NCBI RefSeq assembly: GCF_009914755.1
Contig: NC_060930.1
Source: the human T2T-CHM13v2.0 reference genome, Homo sapiens
Strand: one strand, 5' to 3'
DNA length: 64,000 bases
Shown: piece after piece, positions 33,706 to 46,925 of the stretch
Numbering within the stretch: position 1 is the first letter of the stretch
How the letters are laid out: each line of letters opens with the position of its first letter
Notes under the pieces: model-generated
The model's input: the letters and a program-made list of their open reading frames with translations, nothing else
Database searches by the model: none
What the model was told of the DNA's origin: nothing
Program-made: the position numbers and the translations under genes

Positions 33706-34021
33706 GGGAGGATTCCCCATGGATACCAAACCTGCTGATGCTCAAGTCCCTGATTTAAAAAATGTTGTAGTATTTGCCTATGACCTATACACATCCTTCT
33801 TCTTTCTTTAGACTTTAAATCATCTCCAGATTACTTAGAATACCTAATACAATGTTCATGCTACATAAATAGTTGTTACACTGTATTGTTTAGGGAATAA
33901 TGACAAGAAAAAAAATCTTCACCTATTCATACAGATGCAACCTCTCCCCGCCCAAGTAATTTTGATCTGTGGTTGGTTGAATCCACAGATATGGAACTCA
34001 TGGATATGGAGGGTGACTGTA
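33706..34021. mobile_element. MER2-like (TcMar-Tigger) DNA transposon relic
   Basis: GGATACCAAACCTGCTGATGCTCAAGTCCC...GTTGGTTGAATCCACAGAT...GGAGGGTGACTGTA. Confidence 0.8.
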
Positions 34022-34566
34022 TATACAAGTCGTCTGTACCCTGGGGGTTTTGCAATATAGTTATTTGTCCTAGGGTTAGTTAGGCCAGGAGAGAAGTGAT
34101 AGAAGTTGAGATCACTTGTCTCACTAACAATGTGTTTCTCAGTTTGTTTTCTTCTAGGTCAGACATCAGATTTAACTTTAGTTCTACACAGTTGGTCAAT
34201 TACTTAATTTCATGGTTGCCTTACACTATACTACCTTCCCAGTCATAAGAAACAATTGTGACAGAAGGAAACTGGAAACTAAATGGTACCTTTCAGATTG
34301 GAGTAGTGGAGAAGAGGACTGTGGTTGGAGGTTGAGGTCAAGAATCCAGAAGAGCGCCTCTGGTCAGTGCTAGCCAGGGGAATGTGCGGCCCCAGGCCAC
34401 CATGTGTGGAGGTGGTAAAGGATCTTGGGTAATCACCATGAGCTGGAGACAGACCTGGTCTCCAGGCTCTTCCCTGAAAGTCTTCTCTTCTTGCTTTTAA
34501 GATCTGATGTGACAACTGAAGAAAATGCCAAAGATGATTTCTTTTTCTAAAAAACACATATATATG

Positions 34567-34849
34567 CTTTTTGAGTCAGGGTCTCACTCTGTCACCTGGC
34601 TGGAGTGCAGGTGTGAGAACATAGATCACTGCAGCCTCAATCTCTTGGGCTCAAGTGATTCTCTTGCCTCAGTCTCATGAGTAGCTGAGATTGCAGGCAT
34701 GTGCCACAACACCTAGCTAAGTTTTATTTTTGTAAAGGTGGGGTCTCGCTATGTTGCCCAGGCTGGTCTTGAACTTCTGGCCTCAAGTGATCCTCTTGCC
34801 TCAGCCTCCTGAAGTGCTGGGATTAAAGGTACAAGCTACCTTGCAGGCC
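34567..34849 (-). mobile_element. AluJ
   Basis: divergent antisense Alu (CAGGGTCTCACTCTGTC, CTTGGGCTCAAGTGAT). Confidence 0.9.
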
Positions 34850-35699
34850 CAAAGATGATTTCTTTTGCTTGGGAGATTTGATGCAGAGGACATTTAGGGA
34901 GCTCTTTAAAAAACTGTAATATTAAAAAGATCTGAGACCCACTGCTTCCAAATCATGTTACTTCAGATATTGAAACTTGTGATTCTGAAATAACAAGGCA
35001 CAAGATAGGTGTAGCTTTCTGAACAGAAGGACACTGCCTTTTCAGAAGCTCTTATCCAAACTTAATTTGATTTTTCTACATGTTCCCTGGGTTCTTTTCA
35101 TTTCCCAGAAGCCAATTTCAGAGGCAAATGGTTATCTGCCAAATTCACTAGATTTAACAAATGTAATATAATTGTATAATCCTTCACTGTTTCCCAATTA
35201 CTTTTCTTCTTATGCCTCAGATTGCTGAAGGAGCCCATTTACTCATGACATTAGCTTGTTGATCTAAATCCTAGGCAACTTAGTTTACAAATAAATTGAC
35301 ATTTATAATCTTTTAATGTGATACTGCAAATGTAAGGCTAATATTTATCATGGCAGTAAGTATTTTAAGCACATCAGTTTGTTTCCAATTTCTTTTCTTC
35401 TCATTACTTCTTGGCCTGTTTTATTCTGACAGCTCTGATTATTGCATACTCTGCAGGGAAACTGTTTGCAGATGTATTTCCTAAGATAATTTCTAATCCT
35501 GGTCAGAAATATCAGATGATGGAATATGTAGATTTGAGGCCTTGTTTGGCATCAATGTGAATGTGAAGAGCAACTGATATATTTTTTGTACCAGTTCAAT
35601 AAGGACATGCATAAAATTAGCTTTAAAAATGTATATTATTAGCTTAAACTCCTAATGTTTGAAAAATAGGTGTTAAAATTGGTGGATTGCACAGCTGAA

Positions 35700-35900
35700 T
35701 AATACTAACAATAATAATAGTTCCATATCCTAAGAGTTGAAATAAGCTCTTTGCATTTACTCACTGAATCCTTACAACCCATTGCCAGGTGGATACTACA
35801 AATAAGAAAACTGAGGTTTAGAGGTTAAGGAATTCATCTAAATCACATAGCTAGAAAGAGGCAGATCCAAGGTTTGGATCTAGGTTTCTGATACCAATGC
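35700..35900. mobile_element. MIR fragment
   Basis: ACAAATAAGAAAACTGAGGTTTAGAGGTTAAG resembles the MIR core. Confidence 0.6.
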
Positions 35901-38234
35901 CTTCTATTTCCAGAAAGTCCTCTTAGCCAGATTTAGCATAATAAACATATGAACATAATCATACCTTTCCTTGACATGAACTAAATCTCATTCTTTAGTT
36001 TTCAAAATGTTCTCATTTCCTAATTGAAAATTCTCTCTATATGAATTACCATATATTATGATGTTTAGCCTCAAAGAAATAGGTTAATACATGGTACAGT
36101 TACTCAACTTGATATTCATAATGTTTTAAAGAAGCTCATAAATGTGTCTTGCAATATACCTAAATTCTAATTTGTGGTTATGAAAACATGATTAGACACT
36201 GAAACTACACTTGTGTCTATCCACCATCTAATTATTTCATTCTAATTCCTGGTGCTTGCAGTTGGTGTATATCACTTTATTTGTCATATGCCTGACAGAG
36301 TCCTGGGTAATTTTATGCCAAGGGTCAGGCATTTTTTAAATATGTCTTTGAAATCAAATCTAGTTCAAAGTCCTTTGAACCTTGATGGCTTAGTCAATGA
36401 ATGATGCTCCCCAGCCATTTGTAGAAAGATGTCCCTTAGGTAACATGTCTCCTAAATTCATTGTCAGCACAAACTGGTGATAATAATATGAACTTCTTAC
36501 TCCTTTATTTTCACTTTATTGTATTATTCCATCCTGGATTTCTGTATATCTTATTTATGATTCAAACATTAGTTGTGCCATTATTTAACTTGATTTTCTG
36601 GAACCATCTAGATTCTAAATGGTCTCATTTCCAATGAATCAGGTTCTAATTAGTTAATGGGAAGGTATCAGATTCCAAGTGTATGTGTTTTTAATCCCGA
36701 TTTTGATCCAGACATAGAATTTCATGTTTACATTCAGAAGAATAAAATTACTCCAGTCAGTGTTCAATACACAACACATTTCATTATGGTTTCTTTTGCT
36801 GCACTGATGTTCTGTGAATTTGTACATGTTTGATTTATTTTCAAGTCTTCCTCCAAGACCTTTTCTCATACCATTAAATCAAGGAACCATTGAAGAAATT
36901 CAAAAGATGACCCTTTGACTTTTCACTTTATTTTATATTATTACACTGCAATAAAGTATATTTTTAAAAAAGTAATATAGAAAAGAAAACCCACAGGGAG
37001 TATATCAAAATTGAATCTCATCTTCACAACTTCCTCAAGGCCAGTTTTCAACCGACATTGTTTTCACAATAAAGCAGTTGATTTCATATAACATCTGTCG
37101 CTATGGTGACAATAGGAGAGTGATAACTGGAAAAGCTAATAGGGCTTTTCTAACTTCCCTCCTGGAATATGTAGCTGATGTGGAAGCAACAGCAAGGCGA
37201 TCAGTAAAGGGAGAGGTCAGTGAACCCATCTGGCGAGGCATTGTCTGTTCTCCAAATCAAGAAGGACTAAGGCTTTTGTCAACCACCCTTCTCAAGAGTA
37301 ATGCTCATTTCTAGCCTTTCATCTGTTTTAGTGCCTGAATTCCCTGAGAAGAGGTCAGAAGTATAGCAATAAACATTGCTAAAAAGAACATAATGGTAGG
37401 AGAGAAAGAGGAATGGAGAGATGAAAGCCTAAGCAGCAATGTTAGGGCTTCAAATGATCTAAATTAAAGTAATCCCTGTGAGAAAGAAGATCACGGAGTG
37501 GGAATTTTATAAAGGTGTAAGTAGGAGGCAAAGAAGAAGGCATGGGAGGCATAGTTTGCTATCAGCCACATAGCAGTGAACACAGTCTGTGGGACTGACA
37601 AGTTTAAAAGCTTTAGCTTTTTTGTACAGTCATATACATGCATGTCTGGCTGTATAGGATTATATGGAACGATGATATAATTGCTGACAGGGGTTACCTT
37701 GGAGATGGTGTGTATGTGGGGAATTGAGGTGGCAGAGGGCAAGTGGGAATCAGGAAAAAATAAGATGAAGCATCTGTTTGATCATATTTATGAATGTTTG
37801 TAAGATTATCAAAAGGTATATTAAGAAATTAACTCCCCTTCAGACTTTTGAGCATCTTAACACAGACAATCCCTTGGGAATTGCTGAAAGAAGTTTTATC
37901 TAGGCATGTCAAGTGAGGGGCAGAAATGAACCAGAAGGTGGTAGACAGCTGTTCTATGTGGCCCTAGTCCTCAGTTCTCTACAATTTTCTTATTTATTTA
38001 ATTTTTTTTGCAGAAGTGCAGGGAATAATTTTCTAGAAAGGTAGCAAAACCAGAATTATACCCAAGAGTAGGAAACAAAATCATGGAGTTATTTCAGAAC
38101 CTATAAAAGCCCTCTTTTGAAACATATCTTGCTTATAGATGTCTAAAGTTTCATTTATAGTTAGGCAAAGGACGTAAATAGGTTTGAACTCATGGCCAAC
38201 TTCATTCTATTGGTTGTTTCTATCTAGTATGGCA

Positions 38235-38810
38235 TTCTAATTATTTATTGCTCTCTAACAAAACATCTCAAAACTTCATGGCTTAAAACAACAGTAGATA
38301 CTTTATTGTCACTCTTGGTTTCTGTAGGTCACGATTTCAGAAAGAGCTCAATTGTGCAATTCTGGTTCAAAGTCTTTTATGTAGTTCAGTCAGACAGTGG
38401 TTTGGTGTAGTGGGGTCTGCAGCAGCTGGGGGTTGGCATCTCTCTATATATGTATTTATAGATGTATACATATGTATATATACACAAATTTATTTATATA
38501 CACACATATATTATTTCTATAGGGCTAGCCTTCCTTACAGCATAGTGGCCTCAGGGTAATTGAACTGTTTACCTGGCAGCTAAAGACTTCAAGGGCATGT
38601 ATTTTATCCTTATGAGTGAGCATTTCAGGTAATAAGGAAAAAGCTGCATTATTTTTCATAACCTAATCTTGGGATGCCAACAGAGTTGCTTCTGCTATAC
38701 CCGGTTGGTTACAAGTGAGCCTCAAATCTGCCCACATTCAAGAGGAGGGGAATCAGACTCCACTTCTCAAAGAGAGAGTAGCAAGGTTCTAGAAAGCACC
38801 TGGGGTAGGA
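38235..38810 (-). mobile_element. Old MLT1-type MaLR LTR with an internal TA-rich tract
   Basis: TAACAAAACATCTCAAAACTTCATGGCTTAAAACAAC...CCCACATTCAAGAGGAGGGGAATCAGACTCCAC; boundaries approximate. Confidence 0.65.
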
Positions 38811-39251
38811 GGTACAGTTGCAGACGTCTTTGAGAAAAACAGTCTGTTACAGGTGTTTTACTGAGAAGAATTTGAAGCCATGCCATGTTGTATGGGGGTG
38901 CTATAATGTGCCAATGTGTGGGCATAGAGACATGTGGCAGGAAGTGTTGAGCAATGGGGGTCGTATTATGTGTTTTCTTCTCTCTAGGCCTTTTGAAAAT
39001 GAAGCTGCCCTTGCTAATGACTCCCATATTGATTTCTTCTTTGGCAGAACAGATCAAGTCTGCAAAAACAAGGCACAAAACAAAAACCATAAAACAAATC
39101 AAAACAAACAAACCCCTGTTACTAAATCCAGGGCAATGCAGAGGATGGAGCATAGGAAGAGATTATACATAAGTGTACAAAAAAAGAGTTCTAGAAAAAC
39201 AAACACAGGCAAAGGCTAGCTCTGAAAGATATTGGAACCTACAGTTGTAAA

Positions 39252-39704
39252 TGTCAGGCCTCTGAGCCCAAGCCAAGCCATCGCATCCCCTGTGACTTGC
39301 ACGTATAAGCCCAGATGGCCTGAAGTAACTGAAGAATCACAAAAGAAGTGAATATGCCCTGCCCCATCTTAACTGATGACATTCCACCACAAAAGAAGTG
39401 TAAATGGCCAGTTCTTGCCTTAAGTGATGACATTACCTTGTGAAAGTCCTTTTCCTGGCTCATCCTGGCTCAAAAGGCACCCCCACTGAGCACCTTGTGA
39501 CCCCCACTCCTGCCCGCCAGAGAACAAACCCCCTTTGACTGTAATTTTCCTTTACCTACCCAAATCCTATAAAACAGCCCCACCCTTATCTCCCTTCACT
39601 GACTCTCTTTTCTGACTCAGCCTACCTGCACCCAGGTGAAATAAACAGCCATGTTGCTCACACAAAGCCTGTTTGGTGGTCTCTTCACACAGACACGCAT
39701 GAAA
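39252..39704 (+). promoter_or_regulatory. 5' LTR7 (LTR7up-like) promoter of provirus #3
   Basis: two ACAAAAGAAGTG blocks, TATAAAA 39568-39574, AATAAA, ends CATGAAA. Confidence 0.93.
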
Positions 39705-39706
39705 TT

Positions 39707-39724
39707 TGGTGCCGTGACTCGGAT
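39707..39724 (+). other. tRNA-His primer-binding site, perfect
   Basis: TGGTGCCGTGACTCGGAT. Confidence 0.96.
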
Positions 39725-39847
39725 CGGGGGACCTCCCTTAGGAGACCAGTCTCCTGTCCTCCTGTTCTTTGATCCGTGAGAAAGATCGCCCTATGACCTC
39801 AGGTCCTCAGACCAACCAGCCCAAGAAACATCTCACCAATTTCAAAT

Positions 39848-39856
39848 CCGGTAAGC
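39848..39856 (+). promoter_or_regulatory. HERV-H major splice donor (#3)
   Basis: CCG|GTAAGC at the same offset as in #2. Confidence 0.8.
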
Positions 39857-41449
39857 GGCCTCTTTTTACTCTCTTCTCCAACCTCCCTCACTATCCCTCA
39901 ACCTCTTTCTCCTTTCAATCTTGGCGCCACACTTCAATCTCTCCCTTCTGTTAATTTCAATTCCTTTCATTTTCTGGTAGAGACAAAGGAGACACGTTTT
40001 ATCTGTGGACCCAAAACTCCAGCGCCGGTCACGGACTGGGAAGGCAGCCTTCCCTTGGTGTTTAATCATTGCAGGGATGCCTCTCTGATTATACACCCAC
40101 GTTTCAAGGGTCTCAGACCACGCAGGGACACCTGCCTTGGTCCTTCACCCTTAGCGGCAAGTCCCGCTTTTCTGGGGAAGGGGCAAGTACCCCGACCCCT
40201 TATCTCCTTGTCTCTACCCCTTCTCTGCTTTCCTGGGGCAGGGGCAAGAACCCCTCAACCCCTTCTCTCCTTGTCTCTACCCCTTCTCTGCTTTCCTGGG
40301 GCAGGGGCAAGAACCCCTCAACCCCTTCTCCTTCACCCTTAGCAGCAAGTCCCGCTTTCCTGGGGCAGGGGCAAGTACCCCTCAACCCCTTCTCCTTCAC
40401 CCTTAGCGGCAAGTCCCGCTTTCCTAGGGGGCAAGAACCCCCCAATCACTTATTTCCATGCCCCAACCTTTATCTCTGCACCCCAATCCCTTATTTCTGT
40501 GCCCCAACCCTTTCTCTGCTTTTCTGGAGGGCAAGAACCCCCAACCCCTTCTCTGTGTCTCTACTCTTTTCTCTGGGTTTGCCTCCTTCACTATGGGCAA
40601 GCTTCCACCTTCCATTCCTCCTCCTTCTCCCTTAGCCTATATTCTTCAGAACTTAAAACCTCTTCAATTCTCACCTGACCTAAAATCTAAGCATCTTATT
40701 TTCTTCTGCAATGCTGCTTGACCCCAATATAAACTCGACAGGAGTTCCAAATAGCCAGAAAATGGCACATTCAATTTTTCCATCCTACAAGATCTAAATA
40801 ATTCTTGTCGTAAAATGGCAAATGGTCTGAGGTGCCTGAAGTCCAGGCATTCTTTTACACATCAGTCCCTTCCTAGTCTCTGTGCCCAGTGCAACTCGTC
40901 CCAAATCTTCCTTCTTTCCCTCCCGCCTGTCCCCTCAGTCCCAACCCCAAGCGTCACTGAGTCTTTCTAATCTTCCTTTTCTGCAGACCCATCTGACCTC
41001 TCCCCTCCTCGCCAGGCTGAGCTAGGTCCCAATTCTTCCTCAGCCTCCGCTCCTCCACCCTGTAATCTTTTTATCACCTCCCCTCCTCACACCTGGTCCG
41101 GCTTACAGTTTCCTTCCGTGACTAGCCCTCCCCCACCTGCCCAGCGATTTACTCTTAAAAAGGTGTCTGGAGCCAAAGGCATAGTCAAGGTTAATGCTCC
41201 TTTTTCTTTATCCCAAATCAGATAGTGTTTAGGCTCTTTTTCATCAAATATAAAAACCCAGCCCACTTCATGTCTCATTCGGCAGCAACCCTGTGACGCT
41301 TTACAGCCCTAGACCCTAAAAGGTCAAAAGGCCATCTTATTCTCAATATACATTTTATTACCCAATCTGCTCCCGACATTAAATAAAACTCCAAAAATTA
41401 GAATCTGGCCCTCAAACCCCACAACAGGACTTAATTAACCTCACCTTCA

Positions 41450-41808
41450 AGGTGTACAATAATAATAAAAAAAAAAAAGTTGCAATTCCTTGCCTCCACT
41501 GTGAGACAAACCCCAGCCACATCTCCAGCACACAAGAAGTTCCAAACGCCTGAACTGCAGTGGCCAGGCATTCCTCCAGAACCTCCTCCCCAGGAGCTTA
41601 CTACAAGTGCCAGAAATCTGGCCACCAGGCCAAGGAATGCCCGCAGCCCAGGATTCCTCCTAAGCCGTGTCCCATCTGTGTGGGACCCCACTGGAAATCG
41701 GACTGTTCAACTCACCTGGCAGCCACTCCCAGAGCCCCTGGAACTCTGGCCCAAGGCTCTCTGACTGACTCCTTCTTGGCTTACCGGCTGAAGACTGACA
41801 CTGCCTGA
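41450..41808 (+). pseudogene. gag: HERV-H gag remnant (NC)
   Basis: YYKCQKSGHQAKEC (first Cys lost) and CPICVGPHWKSDC; frameshifted relative to #2. Confidence 0.9.
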
Positions 41809-41819
41809 TCTCCTCGGAA

Positions 41820-43930
41820 GCCCCATAGACCATCACGGACGCCGAGCTTTAGGTAGCTCTCACAGTGGAAGGTAAGTCCATCCCCTTCTTAATCAATATG
41901 GAGGCTACCCACTCCACATTACCTTCTTTTCAAGGGCCTGTTTCCCTTGCCTCCATAACTGTTGTGGATATTGACAGCCGGGCTTCTAAACCTCTTAAAA
42001 CTCCCCAACTCTGGTACCAACTTAGACAACACTCTTTTATGCACTCTTTTTTAGTTATCCCCACCTGCCCAGTTCCCTTATTAGGCCGAGATATTTTAAG
42101 CAAATTATCTGCTTCCCTATTCCTGGATTACAGCTGCGTCTCATTGCTGCCCTTCTTCCCAATCCAAAGCCTCCTTTGCGTCCTCCTCTTGTATCCCCCA
42201 AACTTAACCCACAAGTGTAAGATACCTCTACTCCCTCCTTGGTGACCGATCATGCACCCCTTACCATCTCATTAAAACCTAATCACCCTTACCCCACTAA
42301 ATGCCAGTATCCCATCCCGCAGCATGCTTTGAAAGGATTAAAGCCTGTTATCACTGGCCTGCTACAGCATGGCCTTTTAAAGCCTATAAACTCTCCTTAC
42401 AATTCCCCCATTTTACCTGTCCTAAAACCAGACAAGCCTTACAAGTTAGTTCAGAATCTGCGCCTTATCAACCAAATTGTTTTGCCTATCCACCCCGTGG
42501 TGCCAAACCCATATACTCTCCTATCCTCAATACCTGCCTCTACAACCCATTAGTCTGTTCTAGATCTCAAACATGCTTTCTTTACTATTCCTTTGCACCC
42601 TTAATCCCAGCCTCTCTTTGCTTTCACTTGGACTGACCCTGACACCCATCAAGCTCAGCAAATTACCTAGGCTGTACTGCCGCAAAGCTTCACAGACAGC
42701 CCCCATTACTTCAATCAAGCCCAAATTTCATCCTCATCTGTTACCTATCTCGGCATAATTCTCAGAAAAACCTACATGCTCTCCCTGCCAATCGTGTCCG
42801 ACTGATCTCTCAAACCCCAGCACCTTCTATAAAACAACAACTCCTTTCCTTCCTTGGCATGGTTAGCGTGGTCAGAATTCTTACACAAGAGCCAGGACCA
42901 CACCCTGTAGCCTTTCTGTCCAAACAACTTGACCTTACTGTTTTAGCCTAGCCCTCATATCTGTGTGCAGCGGCTGCCACTGCTTTAATACTTTTAGAGG
43001 CCCTCAAAATCACAAAGTATGCTCAACTCACGCTCTACAGTTCTCATAACTTCCAAAATCTATTTTCTTCCTCATACCTGATGCATATACTTTCTGCTTC
43101 CTGGCTCCTTCAGGTGTACTCACTCTTTGTTAAGTCCCACAATTACCATTGTTCCTGGCCCAGACTTCAATCCGGCCTCCCACATTATTCCTGATACCAC
43201 ACCTGACCCCCATGACTGTATCTCTCTGATCCACCTGACATTCACCCCATTTCCCCATATTTCCTTCTTTCCCGTTCCTCACCCTGATCACGCTTGATTT
43301 ATTGATGGTGGTTCCACCAGGCCTAATCGCCACACACCAGCAAAGGGAGGTTATGCTATAGTACAAGCCACTAGCCTGCCTCTTAGAACCTCTCATTTTC
43401 TTTCCATCATGGAAATCTATCCTCAAGGAAATAACTTCTCAGTGTTCCATCTGCTATTCTACTACTCCTCAGGGATTATTCAGGCCCCCTCCCTTCCCTA
43501 CACATCAAGCTCGAGGATTTGCCCCCATCCAGGACTGGCAAATTAGCTTTACTCAACATGCCCGAGTCAGGAAGCTAAAATACCTCTTAGTCTAAATAGA
43601 CACTTTCACTGAATAAGTAAAGGCCTTTCCTACAGGGTCTGAGAAGGACACCACAGTCATTTCTTCCATTCTGTCAGACATAATTCCTCAGTTTAGCCTT
43701 CCCACCTCTATACAGTCTGATAACAGATGAGCCTTTATTAGTCAAATCAGCCAAGCATTTTCTCAGGCTCTTAGTATTCAGTGACTGACTAATGGTCTAT
43801 TAAAAACACACCTCACCAAGCTCAGCCACCAACTTAATAAGGACTGGACAATACTTTTACCACTTTCCCTTCTCAGAAGTCAGACATGTAATGCTACAAG
43901 GTATAGCCCATTTAACCTCCTGTATGGATG
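41820..43930 (+). pseudogene. pol: HERV-H pro-pol remnant
   Basis: FLINMEATHS...PLLGRDILSKL (protease); QYPIPQ...SPYNSPILPVLKPDKPYKLVQNLR (RT N-terminus); stops and deletions. Confidence 0.92.
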
Positions 43931-44565
43931 CTTCTTTTTATTAGGCCCCAGTCTCATTCCAGACAAAAGACTAACTTCGACTGTGCCCCAGAAAACTTGT
44001 CATCCCTACTATCTTCTGTCTAGTCATACTCCTATTCACGTTCTCAACTACTCATACATGCCCTGCTCTTGTTTACACTGCCGGTTTACACTGTTTCTCC
44101 AAGCCATCACAGCTGATATCTCCTGTGCTATCTCCAAAGTGCCACTCTTAACTCTTGAAGTAAATAAATAATCTTTGCTGGCAGGACTATGCTGAACCTC
44201 CATAGGCACTCTCTAATTAGATGTCCTAGGTCCTCCCAATTCTTAGTGCTTTTATACCTGTTTTTCTCCTTCTCTTATTCCATTTAGTTTTTCAATTCAT
44301 ACAAAACTGTATCCAGGCCATCACCAATCATTCTATACGACAAATATTTCTTCTAACATCCCCACAATATCACCCCTTACCACAAGACCTCCCTTCAGCT
44401 TAATCTCTCCCACTCTAGGTTCCCACACCACCCCTAATCCCGCTTGAAGCAGCCCTGAGAAACATCGCCCATTCTCTCTCCATACCACCGCCCAAAAATT
44501 TTCGCCGCCCCAAGACTTCAACACTATTTTGTTTTATTTTTCTTATTAATATAAGAAGGCAGGAA

Positions 44566-45018
44566 TGTCAGGCCTCTGAGCCCAAGCCAAGCCATCGCAT
44601 CCCCTGTGACTTGCACGTATAAGCCCCGATGGCCTGAAGTAACTGAAGAATCACAAAAGAAGTGAATATGCCCTGCCCCACCTTAACTGATGACATTCCA
44701 CCACAAAAGAAGTGTAAATGGCCGGTCCTTGCCTTAAGTGATGACATTACCTTGTGAAAGTCCTTTTCCTAGCTCATCCTGGCTCAGAAAGCTCCCCCAC
44801 TGAGCACCTTGCGACCCCTACTCCTGCCCACCCGAGAACAAGCCCCCTTTGACTGTAATTTTCCTTTACCTAGCCAAATCCTATAAAACAGCCCCACTCT
44901 TATCTCCCTTCACTGACTCTGTTTTCGGACTCAGCCCGCCTGCACCCAGGTGAAATAAACAGCCATGTTGCTCACACAAAGCCTGTTTGCTGTTCTCTTT
45001 ACAGGGACGCGCATGAAA
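44566..45018 (+). promoter_or_regulatory. 3' LTR7 of provirus #3
   Basis: direct repeat preceded by purine tract AAGAAGGCAGGAA. Confidence 0.95.
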
Positions 45019-45346
45019 GTAAAGACTACAAAACCCTGATAATTTTTATATTTCCTTGGGATAGAGATTGTAGTGGGGGTAACCTTCTTAACCAAGAGAG
45101 AAGAAAAGCCATAAATAATACAAATTGACAGAATTTTTTACACAGAAATTAAAAGCTTTAGCACAGCAAAAGAAAACACAAAAACAGAAGACAATCAAAT
45201 AGATTGAGAGGAAACATTTGCAATACACATAACAAAGGATTGTATTGCAAAGAGCTTCTAGCAAATGTGCAAGCAAATTATAAACAATTCAGTAGAAAAA
45301 TGAGCCAAGAAAATCAGCAGTCAGGCCACAGAAAAGAGAAAATGTC

Positions 45347-45959
45347 TGTAGGGGAGAAAAAGTAATATCTTTTTTGCCCATCGCAAGGTTCACAGTTGAC
45401 ATCCCTATAACACAAGACAGATTAACAAGAGACAAGGATAACACATTTATTTAACCAAAGTTTTATGTGACACTGGAGCCTTAAAAATGAAGACCCAAAC
45501 ACCCAGGGAAGACTGTGCATTTCTATGCTTAGTCTGATGAAAGAAATAGTTGTGGAGATGTGGAGAAAGATAATTGGACAAAAAGAGATATTATCTAATA
45601 GTAATAAACAGGGGAGTGGAGTGGGGTGGAGGACTTAGCTAGGTCTGTTTATTCAGATTTTTTCCTGTGTCTCTGTATGATATCCCTTGTCCCCATGGGG
45701 CAGGACACCTGTCACATGAGGATCTTCAGGGGTGAAAGGAGGAAATCAGAGAGTGACCTTTGTAAGTTTTATAGCTTACTTTGTGGGATAGGAATTTTAG
45801 TTTCCATGACTTGCTTTAGGGGAGCAAGGATGGTGGGAGAAAGGAGGGCAAGAGAAGGTGAGAGACCTGCAGGCTTCTGCAGCCTCCAATCTCCTTCAGT
45901 CAAAATACTTAGCATGCCAAGGCACCATACTCTGGAGTATGGTGTTCTGAGCCCCGTCA
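45347..45959 (-). mobile_element. ERV1-class solo LTR (MER67/MER34/MER39 group)
   Basis: minus strand starts TGACGGGGCTCAGAACACCATACTCCAGAGTATGGTGCCTTGGCATG and ends CCCCTACA; family uncertain. Confidence 0.7.
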
Positions 45960-46061
45960 GGTTCAATAAATATATGAACTCTATTAGTCATCTGGAAAAT
46001 GCAAATTAAAATAAAAACAAGCTACCATTTTAAACTATTGGATTCCAAGTTAAAACATTGA

Positions 46062-46379
<318 letters not shown>

Positions 46380-46384
46380 TAATA

Positions 46385-46925
46385 TTGAAGTGGACTAAGC
46401 CACTCCAATATACGCTACTTTGGCAAAGGATTATTTTGAGCCTAAGACAACTGAGAAAAAGCAAAGCAAAGCTCTCTGCCCTTCCCTATTTGCCTAAAAG
46501 CAGGATACAAATTTGTTACAGTGTCTTCCTGCCCCTCTCTACCAGGAAGGACAGAATTTAATCATTGGAGACAACTCTAAACCTTTATCAGAGCATTAGG
46601 GGAATCTACTTAACAAACGACACTAACTAGTCTTTATCTTCCATTTGTTTCCGCCATATATTTGCCTTCCCACAACTTGGGGTCCTGGAGACTCAAACTC
46701 CTTTTCCTTTTCCTTGTCACTTCTCTAAAATTTTTTGTTCTTTTGTTGAGATGCTACTTAAGCCCAAGTTCTAACCACCCCTTTGAGTTACTCATTGCTG
46801 AGTGCTGTCATGTGTATGAGTGATGCACTTGCTAATAAACTTCTGTTTTACTCTAGTTCATCTGTCTTTTGTCAGTCAGTTTATAGCGCTCCAGCTGGAA
46901 AACCTAAAATGTTTCCTCCTTCATA
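46385..46925 (+). mobile_element. ERV1-class LTR (MER34/MER39-like)
   Basis: TTTGGCAAAGGATTATTTTGAGC...CCCTATTTGCCTAAAAGCAGGATAC...AATAAACTTCTG. Confidence 0.65.

Larger units (their letters stand above)
39252..45018 (+). mobile_element. HERV-H provirus #3, complete LTR-to-LTR, ~5.8 kb deleted type
   Basis: 5' LTR 39252-39704, 3' LTR 44566-45018, perfect 5-bp TSD GTAAA at 39247-39251 and 45019-45023. Confidence 0.98.

Noticed and set aside
36654-36869. 71-aa minus ORF in an AT-rich unique-looking region
   Set aside because: No recognisable domain; may be an ancient repeat but cannot be assigned without a search.
23748-45018. Segmental or tandem duplication as the origin of proviruses #2 and #3
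   Set aside because: Flanks are unrelated and each provirus has its own TSD.
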